DNA of 64,000 bases from Heptranchias perlo (lineage: Eukaryota). A program made the translations under genes and the position numbers. Each line of letters opens with the position of its first letter. Positions within the stretch are counted from its first letter, which is position 1. Under the pieces are notes generated by a model that was given only the letters and a program-made list of their open reading frames with translations, searched no databases and was not told the DNA's origin. This document shows positions 24,701 to 36,200 of this stretch, piece after piece. The DNA lies in contig NC_090366.1 of NCBI RefSeq assembly GCF_035084215.1, positions 10,354,001-10,418,000 on the forward strand, read 5' to 3'.

Positions 24701-27700
24701 TCTTGGCAAATATAAACGCGGCAAATTTCAGAAGACTGAAATTTAAAATGGATAATGCCGACCGCTTTCAGTTGATGATTGGCCACAGAGGGAAAGACCT
24801 CCTAACACTAATTTCATATAAACTCAATGTTAAGCTGCTGAATGGAGCTGGTATTTGCTGACCCTGACAACCTTCAGTTAGGGACTGACCAGTGATGCAC
24901 CAACTCGTTTACAGCAATCAAATGACAGATAGATTTAACATTTACCCTCAGAGTGGAGTTGGTATTTGCTGACACAATCACCGTGCACGTTTGCTGCAAC
25001 ACATGAGATTTCAATTCTAGTTCCAGTTCCAGTTGGGTGAGTCAGTGTCAGGGAGCTCTGCACCAGATAAATATTCACCGCCCAGGAGAAGACTTTCACA
25101 TCTGACCTGTTCCCAGTGATGATTCTCCCATTGAGTCCCCATGTAATATTTGCTGGTGGATTGGCTCTGACACTGCAGTTACAATCAGTCCAGTCCTCAG
25201 AGTTGGTACAGATCGGGCCTGATACTATTGTTGGTTTATCTGCAGAAAAAACAGAGACTTCAGTGTGAAATTATTATGTCAAACAGTTGCAGTGTCTAAA
25301 TACAATTATTTTAGTTGTTAAACTAACCATACAGGTTCTGGCAGATTGTATTTTAATATGAAGCAGCCGATGCCACACCAGGTTTATCGCTTATTATGTT
25401 TTCACTTATAACAAGTTAGCACTTTATTACAACTTCATTTTGGATCCAATGAATGTTCAGTCCAAACATACTTCTCCTGACAGATGTTGTGGGGGATTAC
25501 TCAGAGGGAGCAATCTCAGACTGGTAATTCTGTACAACATACCCACCAACGCGTCTCACCTCTCAGTGTTCTAAAGGGTCAATTAATTTTAATTTCTTCA
25601 CGAGGTATATTTCTTCATACACCTTGCTTTGTGGTGGACTGATGCATTCCTTCTATTGATGTTCAGCTAACAGGGCGATAATTCAAAGGACCGTGTCTCT
25701 GAATATTACATTTTAAACTCAACATTAATACAAGTGACAGAGATGGGGTTAGCACCATTTTATTAGTTATGTTTTCGCAAATTTATGCTCATCAAAGTGA
25801 GGGACGTCAGTTCGAATCAATGCAAGATTACTTATATCAGATTACCAGTGTTAGTTTTGAACTATTATATGTAGAGTAAAATTCCCAGCAAAAATGCTTC
25901 TGTCCATATCCCAATTGTGCCACCTGCTGCATTTATGTCACATTGTGCCTTCGTCCACTCCTGCCATCCTCAGTGAGATGACCAGCTAATTTCAATTATT
26001 ATAGCCATCGATTTTGTTTGCACTGTATCCGCAAGGAATGGGTGCAACCATCCAAAGCTCATTTCACATTGACGCTTTACCGCAATCAGGAAAGAGAAAC
26101 TTAGGTTCTAATCGACAGTTCGTGAAATGAAACAGTACTATCTAAATGACAAATGCTTGCACGCTTACATTCTACAGAAATCCGTGTGGAGCTGTTCGCG
26201 GTGCCTCGGCTATTTTTAGCCACACACCAATATTCACCATCATCTTCAGATTTAATATTTTGGAATGTCTGTGTTAGTTCACTGGTGGAAGATTTGATGA
26301 TATCTTCACCATTTTTCACCCATCTTAACCTGACCGCTGGTTTTCCCCATGCCGTGCAGTACAATAATAATGAACTGCCTTCCACCGCAACTATAGAGGA
26401 ATTGACGGTTGGGTTTTCCAGTCCATCTGAAACAAGCAGTATTGCAAAACGTGAAAGTTGAGTAAGCATGAGTAACTCCTAATGAAATCATTATATTGGT
26501 TAAGAGATCGTGTCTGAATTTCAAAATTCCATTTTTTAATCTCGTAGAGTTTAAATCTTAAACTAAAAATGATTTTCTTCGAAAATTTTCTGTCTCTTCT
26601 TTTGTCTCCTTGGTGGCACCTTGGTACGCTGACACTGGTACCCCATTCTGGCCAAATTCTTCGATCCAACCATAGCTGAGCTCTGGGAGCAACGCAGAGA
26701 CCAGCTAGAGACCCTAACTCGCCGTTGCCTTTTTTGTATCCCTTTATGACCGACTAAACTCAGAAGGTCACTGGACAACCTTTGGATAAAAATGAACATG
26801 CCTAATCTTCCTAAAATAAACTCACTGTCAAGGATTGTCTGAGTGCCATTGCGATTAATTGATTATCCACTTCTCGGTGCATTCTTTGATGCGGTCCTAA
26901 ACCTTTAATAAATTCCTTATGGTGGAAGGACAAATTTTCAACCCGTTGGACGACAGTTTACATCTATTAACTTCACAGCAGGCACTTACATTTAATCTCC
27001 AAGTTAAGAGTTTGTGGAGAAGAACTTGGGAACCCATTAAGTATAATTGTGCATCCTAGCTTTTTCCCGTCATGAGCAGATGATGGAGTGAAGGTGAGCA
27101 CCGATGATACTATCCAAGAACCGGAAGGCTCATTGAAAATTTCTGCCCCATCTTTAGCATCCCATGGAAGAGGAAGGGACCCGTTGTTATCATTCCACCT
27201 CAGTTGCAGTTTGTCATATGGGCAGCTGTGGGTGATCGAACAGGTCAGTCGAGCTGTTTTTCCAGAAGTCAATTCCCCATAACCTGAAATTTCTGGCTTG
27301 TCTGTAAGAACAGGAACAAACGGGAGCATGACAATCATTTCAACCTTAAACCGGGCGAGTGGCCAGAAGCAGCACTTCCAACTATGTCTGATAAAGATTT
27401 AGAAAAATCACATTTTCTTCTTCTTTGTATGTTATGTGTCGCTAGTAAGTTCGCTATCCTGAATCCTCCTTGAACTTATAAAGTGGTGTAATGTCTCAGC
27501 GGGCAATATATGTCCCCACTTAATTAACCACCTGTCGTTGTATCACCTAAATTATTCATACTATGGATCGGAAACCTATAGTCCAATCAAACAGTCTTGC
27601 AAACTGAACACAGAATCAACGTTAGATCTTTAAATATAACGAACAAGTGTGATGGTGACTAATGCAGATCAGAGAGAACCTAGATTCTGTTGGAAACGAA

Positions 27701-30190
27701 CTTCAAAATAGAGAGATGATGCTCAAGAAATGGACAAACCAGAAAAACGATGGGTAACATAGTCTTGTGCCGGAGAACCAAAGTACGCATCTCTCGTGTA
27801 AAACTCATTAAGCTTTCAGTAGGAATATCATTTTGGCAACAGGACATCAGAATGAAGAAGTCAATTAAAAGTTGAACTCATTTTACAAATAAATCTAAAA
27901 TCTGTTTATTCATTGGGATCTAATTAAAAGCGGGGGAATGCGCTAAGACGATGTTTGAGCCCGAAAAGAAGAATTTCCATTAATGTAGCGTCTTTCACGT
28001 CCTCGCGACTTCCAAAAACATTTCACAAAAAAGTAATCTGAAGTGTAATCTACTGTCACTTGAAGGAAGTCACTGACAACGTGAAACGCAGGAGATTATT
28101 GCAGAAGATAGTAAGAGCTTTGGAATTAAGAGTGAGGTAGAAACGGCAATACAAACTGTTTAGCAGTGAGGAAACAGTGAATCGCTGTTCAGTGCAGAAT
28201 TTCAGAATGGTTGGAATTGAGTACGGTGTCCCACAGGGTTGTGTTCAGGGACTCCCTCGACTCACTGTGTACATCGATAATTTGGTTTTATCGATAGAGG
28301 GAGTGATGTCCAAATTTCCCGAGGTTAAATGATGGCAGTTGTCGGAGATAACTTTCATTTTTGAAAATGGTGCACAACTGGCAGTATCGAATCCTCCGCC
28401 GATTATGCATTTCTCCCGATGTTATTTTCCACTGGAATCCAAGGAAAGGAATACGGGTGTTTAATTGGAGGAATATCCGATTCCGACAGTTTGACACCCA
28501 TGCCAAAGTTGAACGTTCAACACAGTAAATAACTCCAAGAACTAAACGGAGTTGCAAGGGAATATAGGAGAGATTTGAGAATGTTGAAATATGAGGCTGA
28601 TACGATTCAATGTCAATAAATCTTTGATAGAGGTAAAAAACTTATGAAGCAAAGGGACAGAAGAATAGAAATAAACCGGGTTAGATTTTGAACTTGGGCG
28701 CCCGAAACAAAACTGGCGTTCCAGATTAGTCGCCTATTCCAGCAACCGCCAGATTTTCATTTCCTTTTATTTCAATGGACATGAAGATCTGTTGGTTCCC
28801 CTATTGCGAGTCCGACCAACAATTCCAGTTTCACGTTCAGCCAACAAGCTCAAAATCTACCCTCATTTGAAAGTTAAAGGAAAGGCGGTTGAAGTGAAAT
28901 GGGAATAAAAGGAGATGAGAACAGGCCAAGCACATGGAATTCGGAGTGTTGCTCAAGTGAAGTTAAAGAGCAACAGGGTCGAACGGCCTGGTTCACTGCT
29001 GTCATTTCTACATATTTCTGTGTTTAGGATATGAACCATTGTGTTTCTCATACCTACCTTTGCACCTTGTGGTTCAACCATCCTTTGAGTTCGGCCGGGC
29101 ACATCACTAAATGTGTCCAGTTTACACTTAGGTTGGTTCTCGCCTTAATAAAAATATAAAGAAAGAAAAACTCACCTGAAACTGAAAGAAGGACTTGAGA
29201 ACGACCAGTGTGATATCCACCATTATGCCAGACAATTATCAAGAAGAAGCAGTAAATACCCTCATCACTCTTTCTGATGTTGTTGATCAATAGGGAGCAT
29301 TGACTTTTCTCAAGGTCGCCGCTGAACTCAGCTCTATCAGCATAATTATAACGCTGCCCGTGTGGATCTCTCGAACTGTAGATAACGGACTCCCCGGACT
29401 TACAAGGATCAGGGCCTCCTTTTTTCCACCACCCCTTTAGCGTGGCGTCATAGATCGGTTCTTCAAACGTACACGGGATCAGTGCACACGAACCCAACAC
29501 TGCCGACACTCTTTTTGGAATCACCACAGACCATCGAGCATTGCAAACAACTGAGAGAAAAAAAAAACATTAGACCCCCTTTAAGTATCCATTCAAAGTC
29601 AATTGAAATATCTTAAAGATTTATTAAATTATTTACAAATTCAGAAGTAATCCCACATCAAAGTATCAATTTAAATATCATTTAATGCCTTTACATAATT
29701 ACGTAAAACACCTATTAAATATCAATCAAAAGCTATTGAAATACTCATATTAACGCCTATTTCATAGGAGTTTCATGTACCAATAATATACATAGGCAGT
29801 ACGCATCAAAAACAGAATTCATATCCACTAAAATGTAAGTGAATTTCCCTAAAATTGACTTAGATATGCATTCAACATCCCTTGATTCTCCCTTGAATTA
29901 CTCAATAAATATGAATTAAAATACTCATTAAATTTAATTTGGAATGTCCATTATTTAAAGACTATTTGAATAGTAGTTAAAAGGCAATTAAACACCGGTA
30001 CGTAACGCGTCAAACAGTCATGAAATTCCTATTTCACCTGTTTTAAAATCAATAACTAAAAATTATTTGTATTAGTATTGTGCTATTCTCTCCCCACAAG
30101 AGCTAAATCACCTTTTGTAGGAATTAACAAAAAAAGAAGAAAATTACCTTCTGTCAATGTCATGAGAGAAAGAAACACGGAACTCCTCAT
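12789..30190 (-). CDS. Siglec/MAG/CD22-like Ig superfamily receptor, gene A (8 coding exons, 543 aa; V-C2-C2-C2-TM-ITIM tail)
   Basis: Exons: 30190-30148 (leader), 29550-29176 (V: GSCALIPC, QCSLLI), 27301-26990 (C2 with HSCP), 26426-26169, 25239-24946 (MAG-D5-like C-x8-CxC), 24090-23997 (TM), 22477-22390 (VIYAVV), 12956-12789 (CEYAKI, stop). All are GT-AG with compatible phases and no stops; total 1632 nt. Confidence 0.85.
13145..13830 (+). mobile_element. CR1 3' fragment
   Basis: CR1 RT C-terminal motifs and ATTCTATG tail. Paralog at ~55525-56170. Confidence 0.8.
13905..17850 (-). mobile_element. Degenerate CR1 LINE (ORF2 remnants) split by a Harbinger insertion at 14019-16012
   Basis: Remnants: LNRLGLFSLEKERLRGDL (16146-16030), RT region, and PWMNKEI (17521-17862). 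Sequence is continuous across the Harbinger (CCCACAAGAGGAAACATT|GTCTCTACG). Confidence 0.8.
14019..16012. mobile_element. Non-autonomous, internally deleted PIF/Harbinger transposon (1994 bp)
   Basis: TIRs GGGCCTGATTTTA / TAAAATCGTGCCC with 3-bp TSD ATT. Decayed Myb exon 1 on + (~14231-14475; KKAWLEVAE...QCRRR). Decayed transposase N-terminus on - (~15030-15480; LSEQQCTRR, VAAKVTTAL). Confidence 0.88.
18212..20051 (+). pseudogene. Harbinger Myb/SANT-like DNA-binding protein gene (exons 18212-18451, 18778-18937, 19054-20051) with in-frame TAG at 19497-19499
   Basis: Myb/SANT-like (NAIF1/MSANTD type) motifs RFS..., AWAEVA, RTWEQCRKRFNDL, then N.RE...TGGGPP. GT-AG junctions are in phase 0 and 1. 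ORFs 19014-19499 and 19524-20051 share a frame. Confidence 0.85.
20349..21812 (-). CDS. Harbinger (HARBI1-like) DDE transposase, intact; true start may be the MGGALTSS Met
   Basis: Catalytic motifs GVIDCTHI, YPGSCHD, LLGDKGY, IEQTIGLLKMRFRCL, CCALHN. Acidic C-terminal tract from a (GAG)n repeat. Confidence 0.93.
   Translation of the reverse strand: MLQPAACGRCQGALHGGEPSPTQEATTSHRATPALHHPPPSQRTDRHETAAPVRGPTHLPCTTPQTNTCQMGGALTSSEDEQDDQTQQPRSPRRPPRRGGAPQHGAAAHPPAQQEGGQPQREMRRRRHYPPHRVYRARLSFMDLSEEQCIRRLRVNRQVVADICSLLNDELLPDGPSSIFLPVAVKVTTALNFFTSGYFQGATGDITGVSQSSAHKCIRQVTDGLFRRASHYINFAMDERSQTERAVGFHAMVGFLRVQGVIDCTHIAIRAPPHEPGLFINRKGYHFMNAQLICDHRQRFLHVCARYPGSCHDAFVLRESAVPPILQAPNAGNGWLLGDKGYPLHTWLMTPLRNPITEPERRYNDSHTATRSTIEQTIGLLKMRFRCLDRSGGALQYTPFRVGRIIVVCCALHNMAQQRGVPLEQAPSTPATHIEEGEGEEEEEEEEEAEEAEEEDAPEDVGRPMRRAATHRDGRRAREALIRQRFS
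28678..28863. mobile_element. MITE (Harbinger-type GGG termini)
   Basis: Terminal inverted repeats GGGTTAGATTTTGAACTT / AAGCTCAAAATCTACCCT and an internally palindromic body. Confidence 0.55.
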
Positions 30191-31335
30191 AGCTGAAACC
30201 TGTTCCCGATTTCACTGTCAGAATGAAGAACCTATTTCACAACAAAAACTAATCAGGATTCTGCATTATTCTTGCCAGTCACATATTGGATTCCATTGCT
30301 AATCATCATCAGACTATCGGGGAGGTCAGGTATTCGGTATCAACCGATCTGTACAAACAGTGTATACTCACTCAGCTTCGTTGGCGAGATGGGCTGCTGG
30401 CAAATTCTTACACATGCGCTGTGCGTGGCCGACAGTGAATGAATGTGTTGTTGTGGTATATCTAATAGTTGCTAAAGAATACTTAAAACATAAAGAGCTT
30501 AACTCTCTTCCTCTCAAGCACACACCCAGCAAATGCACATAATATATTGGAATCTTTAACAAGAGGTTTCTGCCCCGCTTGCAAACGCTTCTGGCTCAAT
30601 GTTCAGAAACAATTAGCTTTTTGGCAGCCAGCACGAGGTGAATATTGGTAACGTGTAACCGCAGTTAGTTCTTTTGCTGCAATCTGTTGTCGTGTGGTTT
30701 CCTCGCCTTGATTAGTTAGTGCCCCAATCTGCATCTGTGGCGTCAGAGATAGGAGCTGTTTGTCAGTAAATCGACTGACGCTGTGGTAAACAGCCTTTCT
30801 TCTCATTAATTTTCCACTTTCTGTTCACACGCAAGCTCTCTAAATGTGCTAAAATTAACCAAAATTCTACCCCATTTGCTGCAGTGTTTTGTTTTCAAAT
30901 TTCGGTATTAGGCCTGGGACCTGTAAAATGGATTTCAAGCTTGTGTCATAAATGCACATGCCGTTGGAAAATACATAGATACGATTAATAGAAACAACAG
31001 GTCTCACCAAACTGATCAGTGTGGTAAATTCCTGGTTACATTGTAATTCTCAACAATTCTTCGCCAACTTCAACTGGGAGTAAGTGGAATGATGTTGATG
31101 GGGGGGATTGACCCGAACTATTTCTTCCAATCGGCGATTCGAGGCCCGGATCATAATCAACAAATTTGCCGTCGTCGGTGGTCAATTGCCTCATTAATTG
31201 AATTTCAAAGATGGATAAAGGTGGGCTGAGCTCTCACGCCCGTTTTCCAATCAGTTAAAGTGAATATTCGACATCGGTTGATCTTGGTCTTGGTCGGTAG
31301 TGCAACACTGGCGAGAGCAAATTGGAAACCCTTCA

Positions 31336-32295
31336 TCATAGAAATCATAGAATCAATTAAATTGACGGCACAGAAGGAGCCCATTCGGCCCATCGTGTCT
31401 GCGCCGACCGAACAAGAGCAATCCAGCCTAATCCCAATTTCCAGCTCTTGGTCCGTAACCCTGTAGGTTACTGCACTTCTAGTGTTCATCCAAGTAATTT
31501 TTAAATGCGATGAATAGCCTCTAACATCATTTCTGGCAGTGAGTTCCAGACCCCCACCACCCTCTGGATGAAACAATGTCTCTTTAATTACCCTGTAATC
31601 CTTCACCAATTACTTAAAATCTATGCCCTTGGTTATTGACGACTCTGTTGAGGGAAATATCTCCTTCCTATCCACTCCCTCTAGGCCACTCACAATTTTA
31701 TGAACTTCAATTAAATCTCCCCTCAGCCTCCTCTGCTCCAAATGAAACAACCCTAGCATTACCTCCCTGCTCTTATAATCTATGCTTCGCCTTATAAAGG
31801 AAAGTATCCCATATGCCTTCTTAACCACCTTATCTACCTGTCCTGCTACCTTCAGGGATCTGTGGACATGCACTCCATGGTCCCTCTGTTCTTCTACACG
31901 TCTCAGTATCCTCCCATTTATTGTTTATTCCCTTGCCTTATTTTGCCCTCCCCAAATGCATTTCCTCACACTTCTCCCGATTGAATTCCACTTGTCACTT
32001 ATCTGCCCACCTGACCAGTCTGTTGATATCTTCCTGCAGTCTGCATCTATTTTCCTCACTATCAAAAACACGAGCATTTTTTGGTATCATCTGCAAACTT
32101 CGTAATCATGCCCTCTACATTTAAGTCCAAATCATTGATATATACCACATGAAGCCAGAGACCCAGTACTGAATCCTGTGGAATCCCACTGAAAACAGCC
32201 TTCCAGTTACAAAATCATCAGTCGAACATTAACCTTTGCTTCCTGCCAATTTTGGATCCAACATCCCACTTTCGCTTGGATCCTATGGGCTTTAT
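31336..32295 (-). mobile_element. CR1 LINE fragment
   Basis: VHRSLKVAGQVDKVVKKAYG, EQRRLRGDLIEV, and a CATAGAA tail at the left end. Confidence 0.85.
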
Positions 32296-32594
32296 TATAA
32301 TTAAATCTTCCAACTAACAGAAGTGAAGATACCAAACACTCTCTGAAAATGTCCATTCTCAAAGGCATCGTTGTAACATTCAAAGGAGGCGGAGTTGTAT
32401 CAAAACATCCCGACGTAACAGTCTATATAATATTCGTTTTCAGTAAGATTTGATTGCTTCATGATCACGTTTCCTCGTAGTGGATATATCTTTCAACTTT
32501 CCGAGAGTTGAGATACTTTCAGTTGTCGACAGAATCCTTCAGTCTCAACTGGTTTTGGTGGTGAGAATAAACTGCAGTTCCACTTCTGTATATC

Positions 32595-32910
32595 ATAGAA
32601 ACATAGAAAATAGGAGCAGGAGTCGGCCATTCGGCCCTTAGAGCCTGCTCCGCCAATCAATATGATCATGGCTGATCATTTATCTCAATACCATATTCCC
32701 GCTCTCTCCCCATATCCCTTGATGCCTTTTGTGTCTAGAAATCTATCGAGCTCCTTTTTAAATATATTCAGTGAATTGCCTCCACAGCCTTCTGTGGTAG
32801 AGAATTCCACAGGTTCACCACCCTCTGAGTGAAGAAATTTCTCCTCATCTCAGTCCTAAATGTCCTACCCCGTATCCTGAGACTGTGACCCCTCGTTCTA
32901 GACTCCCCAA
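32595..32910 (-). mobile_element. CR1 3' end fragment
   Basis: CATAGAAACATAGAAAATAGGAG tail and 3' UTR similar to 434-750. Confidence 0.8.
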
Positions 32911-33119
32911 CCTCCTTGCACTATTGTCTCTGCAGACAACCCCAAGAGCTTTGCTCCCCGAAGGTAGTTAGTGCCTTATTAGATAAACGCTGTGTTTGAT
33001 CTATTGACTAAACAAATAGGCCTAATGTGATTGGCGATTTATAATCTATGAAAACTCTAATATGTAATCTTTATAATACGAATATTGAGCACTTAAGTGG
33101 ACGCATTAATCACTAACTG

Positions 33120-33215
33120 TTCTGATGAAAGGGCATCGACTGAAACGTTAACTCTGTTTCTCTCTCCACAGATGCTGCCTGGCCGGCTGAGTGTTTCAAG
33201 CCTTTTCTGTTTTTA
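33120..33215 (+). mobile_element. Penelope-type terminal repeat fragment with hammerhead-like core
   Basis: CTGATGAA...GAAACGTTAACTCTGTTTCTCTCTCCACAGATGCTGCC. A shorter copy lies at 10597-10632. Confidence 0.55.
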
Positions 33216-36200
33216 TGTCACTAATCAACATTCTGAAACAATTAATCCAGCCCCAGTCACCTGGACCTTTGATGGTCTGCATATGGCACTGTTGGTCGCT
33301 GCTATTTGATCTGTTCTGGAGATACCATCGTCGCTGTTGACTTCTTCCTGAAAACAATATATTTAATGAATCCAAATAAGTAATGAGAATGGAGAAAATG
33401 ATGTGTTCATCGCCTTTTTGTGTCAATTCCTGATGCGTAACAATCATAATGACCACAGTTACAATGGGATGAAGACAGGACCACGAAAGGAATTTCCCGC
33501 TAAATTGTTTTTTTATTGAAGGTATTCGGATGGCTATGAAGAGCATGTACACACTTTATCAACAAACTTTCCCTACTTAGCCTGGAACAATTCTTTTGCT
33601 TTTCGCTCAGATGAGTCTGAACAAGATATAAATGAGCGTGAAATACACAAAAAGATTGCAGTTTGCTACCATATGTTGAGAGGAAACCATATTTTCCAAA
33701 GGGTTTATCTTAATACAGAAGACGTTGTTTTTTTCAAGATCGCGGGCTATTTGTGGTGTTCAAATAACTTCATCTTATCTTGACAAATATAAACGAAATA
33801 AATTTAAGAAAACTGAATTTAAAATGGATAATGCCAAAAGTAGCCTTCAGTTGGTGATTGGCCACTGATGGAAAGACCTCCTTGCACAGCTGACACTGAC
33901 GCCCTTCAGTTAGTGACTGACCAGTGATGGACCAACTCTCTTACAGTATTCAGATTACAGATAGATTCAGCATCTACCCTCAGAGTGGAGCTGGTTTTTG
34001 CTGACACAATCACCGTGCTCATTTGCTGCAAAACATGACATTTGAAGTCCAGTTGGGTGAGTCAGTGTCAGGGAGCTCTGCACCAGGTATTATAGTGCAC
34101 CGCCCAGGAGATGACTTCCACATCTGACCTGTTCTCAGTGATAATTCTCCCACTGAGGCCCCATGTAATGTTTGCTGGTGGATTGGCACAGACACTGCAG
34201 TTACAATCAGTCCAATTCTCGAAGCTGGTGCAGGTGGGGACTGATACTATTGTCGGCTTACCTAAAAAAAACAGAGACTTCAGTATGAAATAATTATGTC
34301 AAACAGTTGCAGTGTCCAAATACAACCGGTTTCGTTATTGGACTAACCATAAATGTTCCGACTGATTCTATTTTAAAATTAAGCAGCCAATTTTACATGA
34401 GTTTTATGGCTTACTATAGTTTCATTTATAACAAGTTAGCACATTAGACAAAACATCATTTTGAATCCAATGAGTGTTCAGTCCAACCACACTTATCCTG
34501 ACAGATGTTCTTGGGTGGGGGGAGAGGGTTCCTCGGAGGAAGCTCAGAATGGTAATTCTTTGTATTATATCCACTAATGCGTCTAACCAGTCAGTGTATT
34601 AAAAGGACAAGGAATATCAATTGCTTCACTGGTTGTACTTTTTAAAACATCTTCCTTTGTGGTGGGCTGGCGCGTTCTTTCTTTAGATGTCCAGCTAACA
34701 GGGCAACATTTCAAAGGACCGTGTCTCGGAATATTACATTGTGAACTCAACTGTAATATAAGTAACAGAGTTTGGGCTAACACCATGTTGCTAGATACGT
34801 TTGGCGAATTTATGCTCATCAATGTGAGGGGTGTCACTTCCAAGGGATGCAAGATTGTTTATTTCAGATCACCACAATTAGTTGTGAAATATTAGATGTA
34901 GAGTAAAGCTCTTAGTAAATATGCTTCTGTCCCAATCCCAATCGTGCCACCTGTTGCATTTATGTCACATTGTGCCATCTTCCACTCCTGTCATCCTCAG
35001 TTGGATGGCCAGGTAAGTTTCAATTATTGGAGCCATCATGGTTGTTTTGCGCTCCAACCGCAAGGAAAGGATGCCACTATCTCAAGCTCTTTTCACCTTG
35101 GCGCTTTATAGCGTGCAGACAAGAGAAACTTGGGTTTTAATCAATTGCTCGTGAAATGAAATGCTGCTATCTAATTGAGAAATGCACGCACACTTATATG
35201 CTACAGAAATTTGTGTGGAGTTGTTTGCGGTGCCCGGGTTATTTTCAGCCATGCACCAATATTCATCGTCAGAATTAATGTGATGCAATGTCTGCTTTAG
35301 TTCACTGCTGGAAGGTTCACTGATCTCTTCACCGTTTTTCACCAATCTTAGACTGATGGATGGTTTTCCCCATGTCGTGGAGAAAAATAACAATGAGCTC
35401 CCTTCCACCGCTACTATGGAGGAATTGACGGTTGGGTTTTCCAGTCAATCTGAATCAGACAATAACGCAAAACGGGAATATTGAGCAAGCATGGTTTAGC
35501 TCATAATGAAATCATTATATTGGGTAACAGGTCGTGTCAGAATTGCAAACTTCGACGTGTTTACTCTGCCAAAGTTTAAAGTTAAAATATGAAAGTTTTT
35601 CTTCGAAAATTTATCTCCCTTTTCTTTTGTCTCCTTGGTGCCTTACGTACGTTGACACTGGTACCTCATTAAGGTCAATTCTAAAGCCCAACCAGAGCCG
35701 AGATCTGGGAGCACAGCAGAGACCAGCTTCAGACATTAACTCGCCATAGACTTTTTTGAATCCCTTTATGATTCAGTAAACTCAGAACGTCACTGGAAGA
35801 CCTTACAATAAGAATTAACAAACCAAAGTTTTGGACCCACCAGCTCATTTATAGAGATCAATCTTCCGAACATAATCTAACTAACAATGATTTGCTGAGA
35901 CCCATTCCGATTCATTGATTATCTAAGTGAGCTCCCATGATATGGAGACCGAGGTTTCTCGATGCTGACTGTGATGTGGTCCTAAACCATTGATAAACTG
36001 CTTGTGATGGAAGGACAAGTGTTGAAACCGTTAGCCGTCAGATTGGGTCTATTAACTTCAGAATAGTCACTTACATTTCATCTCCAAGGTACGAGTTTAT
36101 GGAGAAGAAGTTGGGAAACCATAAATTAAAATTGTGCACCCTCGATTTTTCTCGTGAAGAGCAGATGATGGAATGAAGTTGAGCACGGCTAAAACTTTCC

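Noticed and set aside
12789-30190. Assigning symbol MAG, CD22 or SIGLEC15 (or GPR139 to the GPCRs)
   Set aside because: Domain count and sequence do not establish orthology; these look like lineage-expanded paralogs and need a phylogeny.
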